Positions 38,756 through 59,654 of a stretch of 64,000 bases of DNA are shown here, in pieces. The position numbers and the translations under genes were made by a program. The stretch is from Vicugna vicugna (taxonomy: Eukaryota). The DNA is taken from NCBI GenBank assembly GCA_013265495.1, contig MU061537.1, positions 558,001-622,000 of the forward strand, written 5' to 3'. The notes under the pieces are model-generated. The model was not told the origin of the DNA and ran no database searches. It saw nothing but the letters and a program-made list of their open reading frames with translations. Position 1 is the first letter of the stretch. Each line of letters begins with the position of its first letter.

Positions 38756-38930
38756 ATGATGGAACCGGCAGGTGCTCCCACGTCAGGAAAGCTGGAAGGT
38801 GGACTCTCTCCAGAGATTTCACAGGCAGCAAAGAGACTTCAGTGAAACTGACTTTAAAAAGAAATTGGAACTTGTCACATGAGGCATCCGCAATGAGGAA
38901 GTGAGCTTTCATTTCAGTTTCATTTAAAAT
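38756..38930 (-). promoter_or_regulatory. CTSS: CTSS exon 1 and proximal promoter (ISRE, PU.1, M-box/CLEAR)
   Basis: Donor ATCAT|gtatgt at 38756; GTCACATGAG 38874-38883; GAGGAAGT 38895-38902; TTTCATTTCAGTTTCATTT 38907-38925; resembles the human CTSS 5' end as recalled. Confidence 0.85.
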
Positions 38931-40280
38931 CTAACTCCTTTGGCTACCTCTGGCTCTCTCCCTACAGTTTTTGAGACGAAGTGGGTACAGTAAACCAAAA
39001 AGAGCCCCCAGGAGAGGAGAGCAACAGAACAAACTCAGCGAAACAACACCTGTACACGTTTACCCTTTAAGCCCTCGTCATTTTGATTATTCACTTTACC
39101 TAAAAACACCAGTTTTCAGATGGGAAAAATCAGTTACGAAAAAATTAGGTTTAAGCTTCTGAAATCCCAGCTTCCTCCATGATTTCCCAGGAAAAGCTGC
39201 CTTACTCATTTTAACAGAACTCACCCATGATCACTGTTGTCTAATTCTCAGTCATGTAATCCATGTCTCCATGGGTCAGTTTCTGAGCTCACTGAGCTCT
39301 TCTTATCTGTTGCTGCTTCAGTACCGCATAGTTTTAATTAAAATAGCTTTGAATATGCTGATGTCTAAGAGGGTAAGTTACCCCTGCCACTGCTATGTTT
39401 GTTCTTCTTTTTCAAAGTTGTCTTAACATGTTCTGCCTGTTAACTTCTCCATATGAGTTTTTAAAATCAGTTTATCAAGTTTCCTGAAAAATTCTGTCAG
39501 AGTTTTTATTTAAATTGATATACTTATATTGAATTACTATATACATTATAAGTAAAATTTATTATACACACACATATATAAATTTGTGAAGACTCAACAT
39601 CATTAGAATGTTGAACAATCTTATCTGCAGTAGACATTTTCATGTTTGTGGCCATCTAGCTCTCTTTAAAAAAATTATGAAAGAAAATTTAACATATAAA
39701 AATAGAGCTAATAGTAAATGAGCCCCCATGAAACCAGTATCCCGCTTCAACAATTATCAATACGTGGCCAATTTTGCTTTATTTACACTCCCAATTTACA
39801 CAGATTATTTTGAAGTAAATACTAGACATCAGGTTATTTCATGTATAAATGTTCCATTGTGTATCTCTAAAAGATAAAGACTCTGAAATATAAACCATAG
39901 TACCATTATTACATCTAAAATAAAAGAACAATAATTTCTTAATGTCATCAAACATGTCAGTATTCTCATTTCCCCATCTTATACATTTTTTCATTCGAAT
40001 TGAGCTCCAAATTAAGGTCCATATGTTGCAAAAGCACTGAGTTATTTTTGTACCATGAATTCATAGATTTAACCATATTTTAGGTATTTTAATTCAACAC
40101 AGTTTTATCCATATTGATACTCACTTTTCCCATCTTTGGTCGGTGGAAACATTCACATTGTTCCTGAGCCCTGAGCCCCTGTATTTGGTGCGACGTTAGT
40201 GCTCTTTCATAGCTTCTCTTCTTTCTCATAAGACAAGCCATTGCAGGCTTATGCCAAACAGTTCCTGCCCCAGACCTGGA

Positions 40281-40509
40281 CCCTTGTGAAAGAGCCCCAG
40301 AGAGCTCCCTTGGTCCTGCTATTACACGAGGACACAGCGAGAAGACAGCCATCTAGGATCCAGGGAGGGGGCCTCACTGGACACTGAACCTGCCAGCGTC
40401 TTGATCTTGGACTTTCCAGCCTCCAGAATTGTGAGAAATAAATTTCTGTTGTTTATAAGCCACCTGGTTTATGGTATTGTGTTACGGCAGTCCAAACAGA
40501 CTAAGACAA
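40281..40509 (+). mobile_element. MaLR LTR 3' part (MLT1A-like)
   Basis: gatcttggactttccagcctccagaattgtgagaaataaatttctgttg...gactaagaca. Confidence 0.85.
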
Positions 40510-40917
40510 CTATCCTCACACATGAATCTTATACTCAAAATAGCTAGTTTTCTTCATGTTTCCAGAACATCCATGCTCCTTATCCTCTGCAGTTTTTATT
40601 CACTTTTTATGTAACAGTCTTAGCTAACATTTGCTGGACGCCCCAATTACATGCCACTCAATGTGCTATACTCTCTGTGCATCATTGTTTAGTCTTTACA
40701 ATGCTGTGAGTTAGGTACAATTATTATCCTCACTTTACAGAGGAGAAGTTAAGTTCTGAGAGGTTTTATAACTTCCTCAAGAGAACAGAACTGGTTGCTG
40801 ACCTGGTATTGAACACAGTTTTAAAGTAGCACTTTTCCAACAGGATCATTTTGCCTCCCGCTGTCTGGAATTCCCTCCTGCATTGCTGCCTCTTGAAATC
40901 CTATTCCTTCTTCATGG

Positions 40918-41284
40918 TGTTACGGAAACTACAGGCCAGCCAAGAAACAAGCACCACTCGGAGGGTTGGAGTACTCAGATGTATTACGCCGACGGGCTCA
41001 GAGGGGCTTCTGCTCCGAGGCTCTGAGCACCTCCAAGATGTCTGAATGAGGTTTTACAGGGTTAATTAAAAGCTTGGGTTATTCAGCCAACAGGCATGGA
41101 ACAGCTTTAGCAGCATCATTATCACAAAAGTAGAGGCAGGGAGGCAGCAAACCAACATTTCAAGGCTAGATATGTCTCTCTGAAAATCCAGCTGGCTAGC
41201 AAAAAAAACATGAGCAGGGAATCAGCAAACCAACACTTATTAACTTAGATTTACGAGTTAGCCCAGCACAGCTTTTTCTTCACA
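40918..41284 (-). mobile_element. ERV1 solo LTR, 367 bp
   Basis: TG...CA termini with perfect 4-bp TSD ATGG at 40914-40917 and 41285-41288. Confidence 0.85.
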
Positions 41285-44200
41285 ATGGCCTGTCTTGGAA
41301 GATATCTCTTCCAAAAACACCTTTCTTTATTCTGAACTTCATGTCTCTTTTTGAACCTCTGCAGCACTTTGAGACTCTCTGGTGGCAGACTCATAGATTC
41401 TGAGAACAGAAAAAGCATCCTCTTAATTCTCTACCTAACATCACAATTATTTACGTCTTTCCCATACAAATCTACCTGTTAGCCCCTTAAGTACAGGAGT
41501 TATGTATATCTTGCTCATCTATGTATCCTCCATGGTATAGAAGGCAATGATACAGTAAGCATTCAATAAATATCTACTGCTGTGATTTAAATTATTTCAA
41601 CAGCCTTCGATCCAGTCTACCTTGCAATCTCATTCTGTACATCACTGCCAGATTGTACTTTTAGACCACATTTTTATTGCGCCATTTTCTACAAATGCTT
41701 TCTGTTTCCTGCTGCATTTCCTCATAATCTGGCTCATCCTTAAGCATTTTACTCAATTTAGAACAGATTTTTTTAAACTTTCACCCTCTTCTGTAGTCAG
41801 GCTGGTCTTGCGGGCCCCCACATTGCACAGTCATTTGGGCCTTTCTGAAACGGCCATCCCCGTCCCTTGGCCTCCCTACCTTGCGAGATCTACTTCAAGC
41901 ACTGCCTTTCCCAGTCTTCTCTGACTACCTCACCATCTTCCATTGCTACATACTTTTAAGAAACAAGTTGTACTAAGCAGTTGTGAACTTAGTTTCTATT
42001 TGTATCATAAGTTGGTTTCATCTCATCAGCTGATTTGTGAATACAGGATACTGTTTTACTTATCTTTGTGTTGTTTGTGGTTTCATACGTGTTGAGGTCA
42101 TAGCTAATAAATATTTATTGGACTAATTTTCTAATTATAATCTTTTACATGTTTTATCTTCACTTCAGATTCATCACTCACATGGCAGTGGTGTCTGAAG
42201 CTTTTAGCCTTAGGTTTCTCTGCTTCTTTTGCTCTCCTCCTGGTATATAAAAGTCTATAAACAAAGATAGTATTTAAAAACATTAGGGGAACATGTCGTT
42301 ACACAGTCTGTCCTCATGTACACTTCATGCATTTTATAAAATTAAAACTCATCCTGCAACATTCTAAAACCATAAATCGGATTTTTGCACAGTAGTTTCC
42401 TTTGAAATGGGGGCGTACTTGCTGTTGCAAATTTATTTAACTGTAGAGATTAAAAAAAAAAAGAGGAAATATGCACTAGTACATTAGTAAATCTCATCCA
42501 GAGCGCTGCCTCCCTGCCATCACAGATGAAGAAACGTGTCCTGAATGATGTCGAAAAGGGAAATGAAAACAAAATGAGGAAGCCTAGTGCCTTCTCTAGG
42601 TTTTAAAGCCATCATCTTTTAGCCTTGTGCACCCTGCAAGTTAGCTGCTTCAAGTTTCTCTGAGGAACTATCTGGTTTGAGCTGAAAGAAACAGACTTTG
42701 AATTTTCGAATGATACTGATGCCAGTTTTATTCTCTGTTAATTTATCCAAGCGATTACCTTTGTGCTGGGAATTTAATAACAGACATTATTTCCATAGTT
42801 AAAATAGCTCACTTGTTACTGACCCTTCTGCCCAAGAAGTACACAAAGGTGAGGTGAAGAGTGCCCTTAATAATGTATAGGAGACGAGAAAATTAATTAA
42901 CTTTATATTAAAATTATCCAGTTTATACTCTCAGGAGAAAGAAGATAGCATTCTTGAATCACTGGGGAAAGTAGGAATGTTTTCACTGAAAATATACATT
43001 ATTTCTAATACTTTCTGTATAGATTACCTGCTCGGTGCGTTATTTGCTGGATTATTGGATCCCAGTAGACATCCCTCATTATCCTGGATGCCTCTCTGCC
43101 ACCCGGCAATGTGCTCACAGAAGGAAGGTTAATTTTACTGAGATCAAAGTAAGACATAACTAAAGCTTCCTGGGGTGCCAAAGATGAGACCATTCCCCCA
43201 ACAAATATGTAACACCTGTTGGAACACACTTGATGTGTTACAATCGGCTACAAGGTAAGTCACAAGAAATTCGTTAGTAATAATAAAGTACCAAAATTTG
43301 CAAGTGATATTTAAAAATTAATTAGAGTAGATTCAGCTTATCTCAGTAATAACATCACTTTGGTGTATGTACATTCCAATATGCTTCCTGAGAGAGGAAA
43401 GAGTTTATGGAAAGCTACCAGAGACTGACATTATTTTGCAAGTGTAGTAACGTGTCACAATGTGAACATCTGACTTCCCAATGGAGGTGGAGAAAAACCT
43501 GAGCTCAAGCATGTCTCAAAGCGGACATTACTTGTTTTTCCCCTTCTTGTGGCAATAGCATCCTGATTTTTAAATGGGGCCCCCCACCCCCCAACACATA
43601 CTCGGGAGGTTAAGGGAGAAGCAACATTTCCCCTAGCTCCAGAGGTGGGCACAGGTCCCAAGGCTAGCCCATCATAGCTTTGCATCCTTCTGGCTACAGT
43701 GACTAGGAAAATTCTTTGGCCATGGGAATGAGCAAAAGAAGTTAAGCCAAGTCTACTGAGCTGTTGTAGAAATTGTATTGCCAAAGAATCTTCAAGCCTA
43801 GCAGTCTATTGCCTTTCTAGGTTCCCAACTTGTACCAAACTAAAGTTGAGTAGTCAGTCTCCAGAAAGACATTTACACTGTACCCACCTCTGGCATAGCC
43901 ATGGAGAATAAGGACAAATAAGATCTTTTAGCAGGAAGGCCACGGGTGATGGTGACAATAAGGAAGTTTCCCAGGGAACAAATCTGGGGGTTCACAATTG
44001 GCTGGCCAAGAAACTGACTCCACCACCAGGGAGGGAGTCTTCCATATTTCTGCCTGGTTGGGTATGATGTCTGTTATGGATCAGTGACAACTGTGTACCA
44101 TTTTTCATTCATTTGCTGCTTTCCGGGATTAGACTTTCATTGCAGTTACCCTTTTGCTTCTTCTGCATCATTTTTTAGATAGATTAGATTATAGATAACT

Positions 44201-45029
44201 TAAGTTTTAGGTTGTCAGGCCTCAAGGGTCCATATCCAAACTTGATGAGGAAGACTATACACACCAGCCAGAAGTCCTGGTCTTAGAACGGAACACAGTA
44301 ACCAGATTAGGCCCCGGGTTGTCTCATGGGGGCCGGGACATTGGTAAGCACTTTTAATATTTGTATGAACACTCTTTAACAACAGCCATTCACCCCTTAC
44401 TTCCTTTCCAACAGAATTCTAATTTTGTCTAGAGAACTGCTCTCTCGAGGGCCATGGGCTAAAATGAAGTCAGAGAGATAGCCTGGGACCAGATCATGCT
44501 TGTAGGCCACTTAAGAATTTTTGTATTATATTCTAAATTCACTAAAATATAAGCTCCATGAGGTCTTGGATTTTTGTCAGTGTCCCAGAACAGTGTGTAG
44601 CAGGTTAAGTAAATGAAAGTATAATGGGAGGGCTTTGCACAGGGAAGTGATATGATCTGTTATTCAGAGAACAGACTACAGTGTGGTTGCAGCAGAGCAG
44701 AGCGCGGCATGGAAACAGGAGAGCAGTAGGGCTGCTGCAGGATCCAGGGGAGAGATGATGGGGACCTACACTGGGGATCTGGGTCGTGGCTGATGTAAAG
44801 AAGTGGCCAGATTCATATATTTTAAAGACAGAGGGACAGAATTTTCTAATATAGACTGTAAGAGAAGCAGAGGAAACCAGAATAACAACAAAGTAATTGT
44901 TATTAAACATTGAGCAATGTTTAACTCAAAATCACATGGCTGGATAATAAAGCTTTAAATAGTCACTAGACCTCTCTTTGATTCCTTGTTTTAAATTGCA
45001 GTAAAAAAAAAAAATATATATATATATAT

Positions 45030-46110
45030 ATAACATAAAATTCACCATTTTAACTATTTTTGAGTATACACTTGAGTGGCATCAAGTACATTCATTATGT
45101 CGTGTAACTATTGCCACAATCTATTTCCAGGACATTTTAAAAAAAAAGATTGTGCTTTTTAGAGCAGTTTTAGGTTCACAGCAAAATTGAGCTGAAAGTA
45201 CAAAGAATTCCAAAATACTCCTCGCCCCTACACACTCATAACCTCCACTTAGAAATTATTCCTTGTTCCAAACCGAAAATTTGTACCCACTAAGCAATAA
45301 CTCACCAGTCTCCCTCCTCCCAGCCCCTGGTAATAGCCCTAGCCTATTTATTTTCTGTCTCTGTGAATCTGTCTATTTTAAATCCTTCATGTAAGTGAAT
45401 CATTTGTCCTTTTGTGTTTGGCTTATTTCATTTATCATGTTTGCACTGTCCTCCTATATTGTATGTATCAGTACTTCATCTCTTTTTGAAGCTGAATAAT
45501 AGTTCATTTCCTGTATATATCACATTTATTTACCCATTCACCTGTTGATGAGCACTTGGGTAGTTTCTACCTTTTGGCTGTTGTGAATAATGGTGCTAAG
45601 AACACTGGTGAACCAGAACCTGTTTAAGTTCCTGCTTTCAATTCTTCTGGATATATATCTAGGAGTGAAATTCTAGATCATATGGTAGTTCTATGTTTAA
45701 CTTTATGTGGAACTATCAAACAAATAATTGCACCATTTTACATTCCCATCAGCATGTACCAGAGTTTGTTTCTCCACATTCTTCCCACACTATTTTCTGC
45801 TTTTTTGTAATAGCCATCATAAAAGGCGTGAAGTGGTATCTCACTGTGGTTTCGATCTGTATTTCTCCAAGGCTGGTGATAAGCATACTTTCATGTGCTT
45901 ATTGACCATTTGTGTATCTTCTTTGGGGAAATGTCTGTGCAAGTCCTTTGCCTATTTTTGCATTGGGTTGTTTGTTTTCTATTGTTGCTGAGTTGTAGTT
46001 CTTTATATTTTCTGGATATTTAACTTAATATATGATTTGCAGACATTTTCTCCCATTTTGTCGCTTGTCTTTTCACTCTCTTGAGTGACATTTTGATGCA
46101 GAAAAGTTTT
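45030..46110 (-). mobile_element. Old L1 (L1M-type) 3' fragment
   Basis: Antisense L1 ORF2 end and 3' UTR text. Confidence 0.8.
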
Positions 46111-46139
46111 TTTAATATGAATATACTTTTTTAAACTCT

Positions 46140-46816
46140 AAAAAATTGAAGTATAGTCAATTTACAATGTTGTGTCAATTTCTGGTGTACAGAACAATGC
46201 TTCAGTCATACATGAACATAAATATATTAATTTTCATATTGTTTTTCATTATAGGCTACTGCAAGATATTGAATATAGTTCCCTAAGCTATACAGAAGAA
46301 ACTTGTTGTTTATCTGTTTTATTATATAATAGTTAGTATCTGCAAATCTTGAACTGCTAATTTATCCCTTCCCATCCTCTTTTCCCCCTGGTAACCATAA
46401 GTTTGTTTTCTATGTGTGTGAGTCTACTTCTGTTTTATAAATAAGTTCATTCATGTCTTTTTTTTTTTTTTAAGATTCCACATATGAGTGATATCATATG
46501 ATATTTTTCTTTCTCTTTCTGGTTTGCTTCACTTAGAATGATGATCTGTAGGTCCATCTGTATTGCTGCAAATGGCATTTTAAATTCTTTTTTATGGCTG
46601 AGTAGTATTCCACTGTATAAATACATCACAACTTCTTTATCCAGTCATCTGTCAATGGACATTTAGGTTGTTTCCATGTCTTGGCTATTGTATACAGTGC
46701 TGCTATGAATATTGGGGTACATGTCTTTTTGCATTAGAGTTCCCTCTAGATATAAGCCCAGAAGTGGGATTGCTGGATCATATCATAAATCTATCTTTAG
46801 TTTTTTGAGGAATCTC
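46140..46816 (-). mobile_element. Young camelid/artiodactyl L1 3' fragment
   Basis: Same 3' end family as 11237 and 22371; ORF2 remnant MPFAAIQMDLQIIILSEANQKEKEKYHMISLICGI. Confidence 0.88.
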
Positions 46817-47642
46817 CTGGCTTCTCCATGAAATCAATTACAAGGAAAAAAAAGTATGTTTGTTTGGGGGTAGTGCAGGTTGGGGAGGTGACTGTCAAAA
46901 AATACAGTAGACTTAATAACAACCAAATTCAATGTGTAAAACTGTTTCAATACTAATTTGAGTAAACTGACAGTAAAAAGACACCTTTAAACAATTGGAG
47001 AAATTTTTAAATGGACTAGATATTAAATTATATTAAGAAATAATTATTAATTTTGTAGATGTGCTAATGGTATGATGGTTATACTAAAAAAATCCTCACT
47101 CAGAGATTTATAGTGAGATATTTATGAGTAAAGTGATATCTGGGATTTGCTTTAAAATGCTGAAAAAAAATGGAGGGATAGATGAAACAAAATTAGTAAA
47201 TGTGCTGATTTACTATTAGCCAGCTAAGTTCCTTCAGAATTAATACTGCTTGGAAATCATTATAAAGAGTTTCAATTTCCTCTTTTGGTAACAGCAAAAT
47301 TTTGGGTTCTAGAACGCTGGAAATGGCCTTCAGCTGTTTCTCAGGACCCAGGATCACGTGTCACTCGATCTGGTCTCCATACAGATAGAATTAAATATTT
47401 AAATCTTTTTATATCCATTTAATCCCTGAAACTTAGTACAATTCTTAATACCGAGTAGTAAGCACTTGATAATTGTTGGTTGAAGGAATGAGCAAATAAA
47501 TGAATTAAGATGTATCAGTCTCTCCAAACAAACTGTGAGCACATCAAATATAAGGAATATATTTTATTCATCTTTTATTCATCTTTTTGTCTACAGCACC
47601 TAGCTAGTATCCGACACAAGATGAATGTTTACTAAATAGCTA

Positions 47643-47648
47643 TTTATT
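47643..47648 (-). terminator. CTSK: CTSK poly(A) signal AATAAA
   Basis: First AATAAA I found after the CTSK stop, about 560 nt downstream. Confidence 0.7.
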
Positions 47649-48209
47649 AAATTATAGATGAAAGATAAATATGGTTTACATTGAAAATGCAAAGAAGGAA
47701 ACAGAAAACACATTTGCTGTATCTTGTAAACTCGTACCAAACATTTGTGAATAGATCTACCAATTGGGGTGGAAAAAATAGAAAGTTCTACCTTTAAGAG
47801 ATAGAAGTAAATATGGAACCAGAACTCAGGTCACCTTAGTCCTCTAGAGCTGGTAGAGCTAACTAGTCTCTGAGTGAGAATCTAGCCTATCTGAAGCTCT
47901 CTAGCTCCTACTTGCGCAGCGTCAGCCCCAGGATAACACAGTCAGGGCAGGCTGTGGTTACATATCTTAGCCCAAGAATGCATACCTGTTAGGGAAATTC
48001 CTACTGTGGCCACAATGGGAAAATAAAGACCTAGGGGGAAGAGAAGAAAAGTAGTAGGAGTGTCACTTGAAGCACAAACAGAGGGAAACTGAACGGACGA
48101 TCTCTGCATCTGCTTCAAGAAAGGCATACCAGTTCCCTCCCAAAGTACATCGGTGTGCTGCCCCATTGCGGAAGGGACGGAGGAGCAGGACGGGGTTGGC
48201 TGACTGAAG

Positions 48210-56727
<8,518 letters not shown>

Positions 56728-58200
56728 CCTGGGGAAGGGGATAATTAGGGAAGACTCTTCTATTTGCCAAGGGGTTCCTAGCCTTACTTGGCATGAGGAA
56801 ATAGCTGGAACCTTTTTACCCAGCTATGTGGTTCTTAACCTTCGGGAAGCACAGTCTCCCATGAGAAGCTAACAAAAATTCGCAACCCACTGTAGTCCCT
56901 CTCACCAGAAAAATGAATGCACATACAATAATTCTGGGGAGTTCATGAACCCAAAGTTAAGAATCCCTTCCTGTGGACCATGAGGCAGAGGAAAACTAGG
57001 CTTTGGTAAACAAAGAATTGAGGGTGGTTTCCATATGATAAAACAAACAATACTCAGGAGGGGTCTGGGTTTGGATGCAGTGCTGATACGTCTGGTTCAG
57101 TATTTTGCTTTGGGAGATTCAGCGCGCGAACACACACACACACAGAAAGAACAGCATAGACAACCAGAAATGGGGTAGAAAATTGACAATCGGGATGGGC
57201 TCAGGACCTGTCTCCTCCAATGTCCCCAGAATACACAAAGGAGAGATTTCCAATAAGTTTCGCTTCCTGATTACTTTTTCAAGGCATTCTTTTGTTTCTT
57301 GTCTGAAATTTGATACTTCTGAGCTCGCCAGAGAGGACAAGGGAGAAATTGACAGCATATCCTATTCTCTAACTATGAGATGTTTACGGTCTCCTCAGTC
57401 TTCATATGCATTTCTTCCTCCTTTCTCTTCCTTCTCCCTCCTCCGGCAGGAAACTGTCCTAATTTCAACCAGCTGCTGTGGGCAGGGAAGTTTTCCTTTC
57501 TTCTAAGAAAAAACGTCCCCAAACCTCTGTGACTGCCTCACAGGACAAAAAGCCACAGGACCAAAGTCTGTTAGAAGAATGTAAGACAGAGGAGCAATGT
57601 TCCGCGAACACTGAACACACAGTTTCTCAGAAGTTTGCTTTAGCTTCATTCACTTTTTTCACTGGCTTTCTAATTACATGTCCTCCATTTTAAGAACAAT
57701 TTTGTCCGTAGCAGGTAATACAGCTTGCATAATTTTTGAATACATAGTCTTTTTGTTACCTGTGCAAACTGGAAAACGGCCAGCAGCACATTTAAGTATT
57801 AAGGGCTTTGACATGTCTCAAAAGTGTATAAGTGTTTACTGAGCTACCACCTCCCTGCACCGCTGCTCCTCCTCCCTGCTAGAAAAGTTAACTCTTTTGG
57901 TACCTTTGCCCCAAATAAAAAAAACCCAAGAGGCCACTCTTTGAGAATATAAGATGTCCTATATTCTTTCCTTTCACTAACAACTTTGTATACATACATA
58001 TATACATATTATGGACGGAATCCTAAAGATTTCCAGGCAGATTTTATTTGGCCAGGAATTGACCTAAGAAGCATCACTGTTTTCATCCAGAGCCTGTAAA
58101 GTTCATTTTGATCCCCAAATCACTATACCCTTAATACTCCTAAAAATGGAGAACTGGCAGATAGGAGAAGCTGAAAGATCTAGGAAACTGAAAATGTTAC

Positions 58201-58450
58201 CTGCTGACGGGATCTGTTCTCTGGGCTCGTCTCGGCAGGGAAGTGTGGATAATGTGGACGGATGACTAGGGATGCTGGATTTATTCCACCAGGATTGCGG
58301 AAGTCAGCTCCAACTGCTGGCTGGAAAATTTGGATAGGGGAGGGCAGTGCAGACAGAAATGCTGAGAGGGGGGTTAGGGAGGAAGGAAGGAGGCAGTGGG
58401 TTTGCATTGTTTCTGTGTGTACATGTGGAGCATGTGTACCACGGTGGAGA
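58201..58450 (-). promoter_or_regulatory. CTSK: CTSK non-coding exon 1 and proximal promoter
   Basis: Donor CAG|gtaaca at 58201; NFAT-type GGAAAA 58323-58328; CATGTG E-boxes at 58422-58427 and 58431-58436 (CTSK is an established MITF/TFE3/NFATc1 target). Confidence 0.82.
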
Positions 58451-59654
58451 GTTCTTAGGTATTTAGTTTTACATGGCTGCCTCAAAGGCAGACAAAAAAA
58501 AAAAAAGACCTCAAAACACATCGCCCAAGTTGGGGCTTACCTTCTCTTTGGTGGATAAATAGACACAGTCCTGATCTCCCTCATCCTACATCTTTATATC
58601 ATTTATTATACTGCAGGATTACATCTTTTCTTGCCCTTTTCTTGTTGTTACTCATCTCTCCAACTCTGAAACCTCAATTTTGAAATTTATGTCTGACCCT
58701 CACGTCAGGGATGAGGAAACGAACACAAAAGGCTAGAAAGGAGTACGGAAGGGAAACCACAGGCTCCAAAAACACTTGTGCTTTATAAGCTTATTGGCTG
58801 AAAGTTGTCATTGCTCCCAGGCTGGGGAATAGCTTTCCCAGCCTAACACGGCTTTGCTGAGAATATACCCAGAAAATTCAGAAGAAATCAGTTCTAAAAG
58901 TAACCAAAAACAGCAACCCTGGTTTTTTATGAGAGCACTTGAATCGATGCCATAAGCACTGATAAACTCACATGTGAATTTTCTTTGTTGCTAAAACTCT
59001 CAGCTGGTGGGATGCCTGATGAACATTATCTGTCTCAATTATTAAAATCCCTGATCCAGGTCCAAATCATGTGAGCTTCTCCAAATGCTTCCCTCAACAT
59101 CGAGGCATGTGACAGATCATAAGAATCTAGTTCAGTTCCTAAACCACATCCCCATTTTCTTCCATAAACAGATGTGAGGGAAGAGAAAAAAAGAGTCTTT
59201 GGAGCAAAAAGGGTAATACATGGGATGTAGATTCAGTTTCTAGCTGGATTTCATACAGACTCTCAGGAACACGGGTTTACACCTATCGGTTTTAAGATTT
59301 CCTAATGAAACACATGGTCCTAGAGGGAAACCAGGTCTAGACCTGCATGGTTTAAATTTCCCCATTCCTAACTCCTTTAAATCCAGAAGGGGAAACACTA
59401 GAAGAACACTGGAAGAAGTCCAGATGTGCCCTCCTGGTCCCAACTCCCAAATTCACCCCTCTCCCAAGGACGTGGGCAATCCCCTACCTCCCCATCCACG
59501 GTCAGATGTCCCTGCTGATTTTACTCAGAATGAGTCAGGATCAGGAGGGCAACCAAGGAATGCTGAGTGATCAGAGCCCTATGATTTCTGATGCCTGAAA
59601 TTATAGTCATACTGTGCTTTATGCTTGCATACTTGGAGCTCAAGCTATAGATTC

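Noticed and set aside
47561..47588. Short tandem duplications (also 10981-11008, 23253-23288) and (TA)n runs (6486-6514, 45014-45032)
   Set aside because: Ordinary slippage products with no repeat-spacer organisation.
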